In this document: piece after piece, positions 58,118 to 64,000 of the stretch
How the letters are laid out: each line of letters starts with the position of its first letter
Numbering within the stretch: the stretch's first letter is position 1
Sequence record: PP885733.1
Length of the DNA: 64,000 nucleotides
Direction: 5' to 3' (one strand)
Notes under the pieces: model-generated
Databases searched by the model: none
Told to the model about the DNA's origin: nothing
What the model saw: only the letters and a program-made list of their open reading frames with translations
Made by a program: the position numbers and the translations under genes

Positions 58118-59626
58118 ATGAACAAGCTGAACAAACTGTACGAAGCAATGCTGAAATCCTGGGGTTGCTCTATCGATGACCAGGCTGCGATCACTCTGAA
58201 CTTCTCCGGTACCGATGTACCCGTTAAGGTCGATGACAAGCAGGTCTATCTCCCGACTTCTGAAAACCTGAGCGGGATCACCATCGGTAAGGTATTCTTC
58301 CATCCGGCATGTGAATCCATCATGTCTAAGGAAACCGAAATCTTCAAAGTGATCCGCAAACTGTCTTCTGCGAAAATCTATGCTGTATTCCAGCCGATCT
58401 TCGAAGTTCTGGTAGCGGTAGCTGGTAAGAAGTCCGGTAAGACGCTGACTGGCAAAACTCTGGAAATGCTGGAACCGTTCAAAGCAGTAACCAAAGCGGT
58501 TAAGCAGGAAGTTATCGATCTGATCAAAACCATCAGCATCACGCTGGAAGACACCGGTCTGGATACCCGACTGATTACCTTCAGTCTAATCAAAGGCGGT
58601 AAGAACGAAAACGACGAGCCGATCTATTACACAGCGACTCCAAGCTTCCCGTTCTATACTGAAATCTATCGCACCGCAGCGCAGAACGAACATCTGAAGC
58701 ACAACGATCGCATTACGTTCAACAACCTGAATCTGTCGATGCAGGCAATCCGTACTGTAATTAACCTGTTCGAAATCGCACTGCCGGCGTGTGTTGATCC
58801 AAGCCGTAAGAAGTATTCTGTAACTGTTCCTGAAGCAGCACGTCTGGTTGCATATCTGCATTCCTACGGCCTGGTCGCATCTGACATCAACAGTCTGATC
58901 GGTAAGTTCCGTAAAGAGTTCGACGCCATCGGTATCTACGGCGTTGATCTGGATTGGCTGAGCGACCTGGATGAGATCGGTGAAATCAAAGGTCTGATCC
59001 CAGCCTTGGATTATAACAACTATAATCTGACTTCTGCTCCAGAAACGCCAGCGGCAAACTCCGGTGCTCGTATCAGCAGCTATAACCCAATGGCGAATGT
59101 ACTGAATACTGCAAGTACTCAGAACGCTCCTCAGGCGGTGACTTCTGCTCCGGCGAATACTCCGAAGGTTCCTGACTCTCTGCCAGGCGAACAGTATCAG
59201 GGTTGTGACTACTCTCCAACTAACGGCATCTTCGAATTCAAATTCCAGCAGTCCAACGGTATGATTCGTGTGCGTCGTCTGTCTGAAGACGGTCGCTTCA
59301 TCTCGGAAGATTTCCAGAACCCGATGATGCAGAACAACCAGCAGGGTATGATGGTTAACCCAGCCATGATGATGCAACCGAACATGATGATGATGCAGCC
59401 AAATATGATGATGATGAATCCTCAGATGGGCAGCGGCATTCCAATGGTCGGTATCGGTAACCCACAGGGTCCTGCTGGAATGGTCTTCGACCGTTACACC
59501 AATCAGTGGATCCCAGGCAACCCACAGATGGCAGCACCAATGAACAACACTGGAATGAACAATTCCGGCATCCCTAACACAATGGATATGGGGTTCGGCG
59601 GTACTGGTAACATCAACAACTTCTAA
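58118..59626 (+). CDS. Conserved core protein (phiKZ gp70-like) with M/N/Q/P-rich tail
   Basis: 502 aa; FHPACE motif; position before nvRNAP beta. Confidence 0.6.
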   Translation: MNKLNKLYEAMLKSWGCSIDDQAAITLNFSGTDVPVKVDDKQVYLPTSENLSGITIGKVFFHPACESIMSKETEIFKVIRKLSSAKIYAVFQPIFEVLVAVAGKKSGKTLTGKTLEMLEPFKAVTKAVKQEVIDLIKTISITLEDTGLDTRLITFSLIKGGKNENDEPIYYTATPSFPFYTEIYRTAAQNEHLKHNDRITFNNLNLSMQAIRTVINLFEIALPACVDPSRKKYSVTVPEAARLVAYLHSYGLVASDINSLIGKFRKEFDAIGIYGVDLDWLSDLDEIGEIKGLIPALDYNNYNLTSAPETPAANSGARISSYNPMANVLNTASTQNAPQAVTSAPANTPKVPDSLPGEQYQGCDYSPTNGIFEFKFQQSNGMIRVRRLSEDGRFISEDFQNPMMQNNQQGMMVNPAMMMQPNMMMMQPNMMMMNPQMGSGIPMVGIGNPQGPAGMVFDRYTNQWIPGNPQMAAPMNNTGMNNSGIPNTMDMGFGGTGNINNF

Positions 59627-59637
59627 TACATAAAGTG

Positions 59638-59672
59638 CTACCTCCTACCCGCAAAGGTAGGAGGTAGCTTTA
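59638..59672. terminator. Bidirectional terminator
   Basis: GCTACCTCCTACC-CGCAAA-GGTAGGAGGTAGC between convergent genes. Confidence 0.8.
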
Positions 59673-59689
59673 CATTACTTTCTTTTTTG

Positions 59690-60031
59690 TTATTCACGGA
59701 TAACACGGTTAATACGAACTAATGAATCAACCTGAGTACGAGTAGGAATATATATCCCTTGAAGGTACGACCAATCAGCCGTAGGGTCCTCGATTCCATT
59801 AATAAAGGAAACGACCCAGATCATATCTTCAGGTACAGATTGACCATCTTCTTTATTTCTTAACTCACGTAGGAATTTATGGAAGTTGAATCGATACGCA
59901 AAAACAATGTTTCTTTCCACAAATGGAGCGTAACTTGCACCTTCCAGCAATATCTCTTTACATGACCGGATGATTGTTTTGAACTCATCGGTGTAGTAAT
60001 ACGGGTTGCCTTCCGGAATCATAATGGGCAT
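59690..60031 (-). CDS. Small conserved protein on the opposite strand (weak LysM/tail X-like pattern)
   Basis: 113 aa, AGGA SD; WVVSFINGIEDP segment. Confidence 0.6.
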   Translation of the reverse strand: MPIMIPEGNPYYYTDEFKTIIRSCKEILLEGASYAPFVERNIVFAYRFNFHKFLRELRNKEDGQSVPEDMIWVVSFINGIEDPTADWSYLQGIYIPTRTQVDSLVRINRVIRE

Positions 60032-60070
60032 ACTTTTCTTTCCTATAAAAATCGAGCCAAAACAACTTAG

Positions 60071-60092
60071 GCAGATATTATCTATATGTTAC
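60071..60092 (+). promoter_or_regulatory. Putative early promoter
   Basis: CAGATATTAT-ctata-TGTT upstream of nvRNAP beta. Confidence 0.6.
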
Positions 60093-60113
60093 TAACATAG
60101 AGGTATTTAGACA

Positions 60114-62210
60114 ATGAGCCAACAGAACCAAATAACTCCCAATACCGCTGGCCTAGCTATCGGCATGAATACAAACCGTGCGACTAACTCCGCATCTCGT
60201 TTGTATATGCTCGGTAAGAACCAGGGCAAGGCAGCTGTAATCTGGGGTAGTACCAACCGCAAGTATATGTCGGGCGATGAGCAGGAATATGCGAAGACTG
60301 CTCGTAAGGTCGAAGCCTTATCCGACATTGAAGTCGAGGAGGTTCTATTCGTCAAGAACATCCTTAACGATAAATCTCCGAACATGTGGGGAACGTATTA
60401 CGTTATCGTTAAGGACCTTGAAACGGGTTTCTATGATGTAATAGAAATGCCGCAGTTCAACGCTCAAAATATGGATCTCGGTTTCGAGTACAATTATGAC
60501 AAGGATAAACTGAGAGCTGTTAAGAAAGGTGCCCGCTTTAATAAAGGTACAATCTTCGCAACCTCAAGTCGTATCACTGAAAGCAACGAATGGTGTCCTG
60601 GTATTGAAACCAAAGTTGCTGCAATGTCTCACGTCTATACCGAAGAGGACGCCGTATTCATTTATGAGAGCTATGCCAAGAAGATCGGTGTAACTTTCAA
60701 ACGTTCCCATGAACACCAATGGAACGAAGACGAATGGATTCCGCTGAACCTCTATGGTGATATCGACAATCCACAGCCATTCCCACTGTCTGGTGAGAAG
60801 GTTCGTGAAGATGGTATCGTGATGGGCTTCCGTCGTAAAGATCCAGATGCTGCTATGGCTGGTCTGACGAAGAAAGCACTGATGACACCAGATCCGATTT
60901 ATGACGTGTTGTTCTATAGTTCTCCTAACTGCGTGGTTGCGGACATTCAGGTGGAGACCGAGCGTTATAAGAACCTCAGTAATAACAAACGTGCTGAAAA
61001 GCGTAGCCAACCTCATACCCGAGTTCTGGAGAAACTGGAAGAGGAACAGAACGCATTCGCAAACAGTATCGTTGCCTGGTATAAGATCAAGCAGAAACAG
61101 TATATCAACAAAGAGCCGCCAATTACTCCGGCTCTCTGGAACCTGATCTGCTTCTATGGCGCTGGCGGGATCACCCGTGACTTCAGTACGCCGCAGTCCA
61201 ATGGTCGCTATACCAAAGTGAAACGCAAGATGGGTAACATCCAGTTGAAAGACTGGCGTGTACAGATCCATCTGCGCGAAGACGTTCACGGCCAGGTTCG
61301 ATTCAAGAACACTGGTATGGACGGTAACAAATCCGTAATCATGAAGATCCTCCCTGACGAATGTGCTCCGATTGACGATCATGGTGTACGCGCCGATATG
61401 ACCGTAGGTAACACTCCGGGCTTCCGTCGTCAGATCTTTAACTCCTTCATGGAACTGGATGTGAACTTTGTAAACATTCACGTCTATCCGTTAATCAAGA
61501 AGGCGTATGAAGAGAAGGACTTCAAGAAGGCGTGGGATTTGGCATATGAGTTCTACGACACCATCTCTCCAGAACAATCTGGTTATATGGCGAACTTCAA
61601 CTCTGACGAGAAGATGGCTCACCTCGACTGGATTATGAAAGACGAGAATGAGTTCAGTGTACTTGGTAACCCGGTTGGTGATATTCAGGGGATCAAGATC
61701 ATTGAGCGGTTGCATGAGAAGTATAAACACATTCAACCGACACCTGTCACCTATAAGAACGAATTCGGGGAAACAGTCCGTACCCGTCACCCAATCGTGA
61801 TTAGTTCTGTATACTACATCATGTTGGATAAGTTCGGTGATGATATTTCTTGTCAATCCACACCACGTCTGAATATCTTCGGTCTGCCAACATCTCTGTC
61901 GAAACAAGAGCGTGCTCGTGACTTCTATCGTGCAACTCTGAACCGAAATGTGGGCGAAACTGAAGGTCGTCTGTTTATCAACCAAAAAGGTGGCGCAGCC
62001 GCAGTTCGTATGTTGGCATTAGCTAACTCTGCTGAACTGCTGGAAGAAGCCGTGAAGCGATTGATTCGTGCGGATAACCCGTTCACGATTCCTCGACTTG
62101 TTTACCCAGGGGAAGAAACAAAGAACCACTCCCTCCAGGTAATCTCCAACATGTTGTCTGACTTTGGATTAGTAATAAGGAAAGAATGTGAAGAAGATAA
62201 AGCTCCGTGA
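60114..62210 (+). CDS. Non-virion RNA polymerase beta subunit, C-terminal part (phiKZ gp71-73-like)
   Basis: Beta motifs EEDA, GNKSVI, YYIMLDK, VGETE; uninterrupted. Confidence 0.88.
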   Translation: MSQQNQITPNTAGLAIGMNTNRATNSASRLYMLGKNQGKAAVIWGSTNRKYMSGDEQEYAKTARKVEALSDIEVEEVLFVKNILNDKSPNMWGTYYVIVKDLETGFYDVIEMPQFNAQNMDLGFEYNYDKDKLRAVKKGARFNKGTIFATSSRITESNEWCPGIETKVAAMSHVYTEEDAVFIYESYAKKIGVTFKRSHEHQWNEDEWIPLNLYGDIDNPQPFPLSGEKVREDGIVMGFRRKDPDAAMAGLTKKALMTPDPIYDVLFYSSPNCVVADIQVETERYKNLSNNKRAEKRSQPHTRVLEKLEEEQNAFANSIVAWYKIKQKQYINKEPPITPALWNLICFYGAGGITRDFSTPQSNGRYTKVKRKMGNIQLKDWRVQIHLREDVHGQVRFKNTGMDGNKSVIMKILPDECAPIDDHGVRADMTVGNTPGFRRQIFNSFMELDVNFVNIHVYPLIKKAYEEKDFKKAWDLAYEFYDTISPEQSGYMANFNSDEKMAHLDWIMKDENEFSVLGNPVGDIQGIKIIERLHEKYKHIQPTPVTYKNEFGETVRTRHPIVISSVYYIMLDKFGDDISCQSTPRLNIFGLPTSLSKQERARDFYRATLNRNVGETEGRLFINQKGGAAAVRMLALANSAELLEEAVKRLIRADNPFTIPRLVYPGEETKNHSLQVISNMLSDFGLVIRKECEEDKAP

Positions 62211-64000
62211 GTTTGCCAACCTCTCCTGTGTGTCGATGCTGCAGTTTACTGAGCGTCGTTTCAGGATCGAGGTCATGGATGACCACAACGAAACAGTTGT
62301 AACGGATACGTGGTCGTTAGCTTTGTCCTGGTTCAGTCTGATAGTTCATCGTCATTATGACAAAGAACCTTATCACTGTGACGAAGTCGTGGTATTGAAA
62401 AGTGTTGATGGACGCCAAGCATTTATCGATGATGGTCTCCTGAAAACTCCGATCGATAACTTCCTGGCTCGCCTCATGCCTAAGTATGACGATCCGGTAT
62501 TCTACGATTTCATTAAACAGCTGGTGTTTACCTGGCATAACCAATGTCATAACTATCTGGCATTGAAATCTGAAAACGCCGTAGTATCGGCGCGCTCTAT
62601 TGACGTACTCCACGTCTATCAGCATCCGAAGGTCGCTGACCTCAAACGTCGTGTTATGAGCCATGAGACATCTCTGGCTGACGCTGCGATTGAGTTCGAG
62701 CACATCATGATGACAGAACCTGATTTCGATAAATCGGTATTCGGTCTCCTGTATCGTACTCGTTCGGTATCTTCGGTTCAGTCGTTCCAGCTGGTAATCT
62801 CTCGTGGTGACGTGTTTGACTTGAATAACGTAATCTTGCCAAACACGGTAATGACGTCTTATGCTGACGGTATCACAAACCTGACTGACTCCTTGGGTGA
62901 CTCCAAAGGTGCTGGCTTCTCTCTGATCAGTAACGGCTCAGCACTACAGGACTCCGAGTGGTTCCATAAAAAGATCCACAACGTTGCTCAGGTAGTGCAG
63001 GCGGTTCAGTATCAGACTGACTGTGGTTCTACTCATGGTCCGATCATCAAGATCATCAGTAAGGACTTCCGTAAATCTCTGGCCGGCAAATATCGTATTA
63101 ACGATGACGGCACAACGACTCTGCTGACATATGACGAAGTCAAGAAGCTGGACACAGGTTCGGTTATCAAGATTCGTTCTGTGGCGTGGTGTCATAACTC
63201 CAAAGGCGGGAAGCCATGTAGTAAGTGTTTCGGTAAGATGGAATCAGCATTGCCGTATAATCCGTATACTGGAAAGTCTGCGGTACCTGGCGTGTTCTAC
63301 GGTTCCACCTTTGCCGAACCAATTGGTCAGTCCATCCTGAAAACTAAGCACCGTATCGGCACAGCAACTGCCGTAGGGTTCAAAGTACAACGTCAGGATG
63401 TTGACTATATTACCACGGATGACTCGGGTGACTTCATCTACTTCAATAAGGGAATCCTTAACGAAGATTCGGATCCGTATCTGATCCTGGATAAAGAAAC
63501 CCAGCAGGACTTCTCTGACTTCCAGTTCATGGATGGCATTGAAGATCTGGATGTTACACGACTGCGTACCTATGACTCGATCAAACTTCGTATCAACATT
63601 ATTAACCCAATGTTCGATAATAAGAAGGCGGTTCATTATCCAATCGTTGTAACTACTATTGCATCTCGTGATGCTCGAATGACCAAAACGTTTATCGAGT
63701 ATCTGTTGAGCAAACCAATGGAAGAAGAAGGTCGTACCTTTAAGATCAGTCTGAAAGACTATGACTTCAAAGAGCCGGCTTTCGAACTCCCACTGGTAAA
63801 CGAAGACCTGGATGCGTATCGTAAACGTGTGGAAGGCTTCCTGAAGTTCCCTAACGTCAATCGTCGTTGGGAAACCAAGGTGACCGAAGAACTGCACGGC
63901 GAAACGATGATCGCGTTCTGGAAAGTGGTAGATGAAAAGTATAAGGATGCTAACATCGTTATGCACGACATCTTCCTGTGGTCCTGTATGGCTCGTAATC
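62188..64000 (+). CDS. Non-virion RNA polymerase beta' C-terminal subunit (phiKZ gp74-like); runs off the window and is absent from the ORF track
   Basis: GTG start after AAGGA; open frame MKKIKLREF...; beta' motifs DCGST, CHNSKGGKPCSKCFG, IGQSILKTKH. Confidence 0.85.
   Translation, partial: MKKIKLREFANLSCVSMLQFTERRFRIEVMDDHNETVVTDTWSLALSWFSLIVHRHYDKEPYHCDEVVVLKSVDGRQAFIDDGLLKTPIDNFLARLMPKYDDPVFYDFIKQLVFTWHNQCHNYLALKSENAVVSARSIDVLHVYQHPKVADLKRRVMSHETSLADAAIEFEHIMMTEPDFDKSVFGLLYRTRSVSSVQSFQLVISRGDVFDLNNVILPNTVMTSYADGITNLTDSLGDSKGAGFSLISNGSALQDSEWFHKKIHNVAQVVQAVQYQTDCGSTHGPIIKIISKDFRKSLAGKYRINDDGTTTLLTYDEVKKLDTGSVIKIRSVAWCHNSKGGKPCSKCFGKMESALPYNPYTGKSAVPGVFYGSTFAEPIGQSILKTKHRIGTATAVGFKVQRQDVDYITTDDSGDFIYFNKGILNEDSDPYLILDKETQQDFSDFQFMDGIEDLDVTRLRTYDSIKLRINIINPMFDNKKAVHYPIVVTTIASRDARMTKTFIEYLLSKPMEEEGRTFKISLKDYDFKEPAFELPLVNEDLDAYRKRVEGFLKFPNVNRRWETKVTEELHGETMIAFWKVVDEKYKDANIVMHDIFLWSCMARN

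Noticed and set aside
47702-64000. Introns, inteins or homing endonucleases in the RNAP genes, as in phiKZ
   Set aside because: The beta and beta' frames are continuous, with no HNH/LAGLIDADG ORF or intein motif seen.
1-64000. CRISPR array, integrase or IS element
   Set aside because: No regularly spaced repeats and no recognisable recombinase or transposase; the repeats found are terminator hairpins.

Overview
A 64-kb segment of a nucleus-forming jumbo phage (phiKZ-related, Chimalliviridae). The gene order resembles SPN3US/phiEaH2-type enterobacterial jumbo phages; this is inferred from synteny and no search was run. Layout: (1) 1-14.6 kb, virion and packaging block: tail tube, tail sheath, three virion proteins, terminase large subunit and thymidylate kinase. 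(2) 14.6-18.4 kb, a minus-strand, largely non-coding RNA island. It holds tRNA-Asn(GTT), tRNA-Ser(GCT), a glutaredoxin, a Tad2/DUF2829 sponge protein, several densely base-paired intergenic elements and a ~670-nt ORF-free structured RNA. That RNA ends in a canonical type I hammerhead ribozyme (14697-14791, GUC cleavage at 14701/14700) just before a terminator. (3) 18.5-38 kb, about 40 small accessory genes, including paralog arrays and three orphan HigA/XRE-like HTH proteins. (4) 38-64 kb, the conserved phage-nucleus and replication block: PhuZ tubulin, split family-B DNA polymerase, chimallin, non-virion RNA polymerase subunits, SbcD nuclease, ChmC-, sigma- and PicA-like genes, and an Acb1-like 2H phosphodiesterase. 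The most striking unexplained element is the ribozyme-terminated, tRNA-linked structured RNA island. All assignments were made by eye from motifs and synteny.
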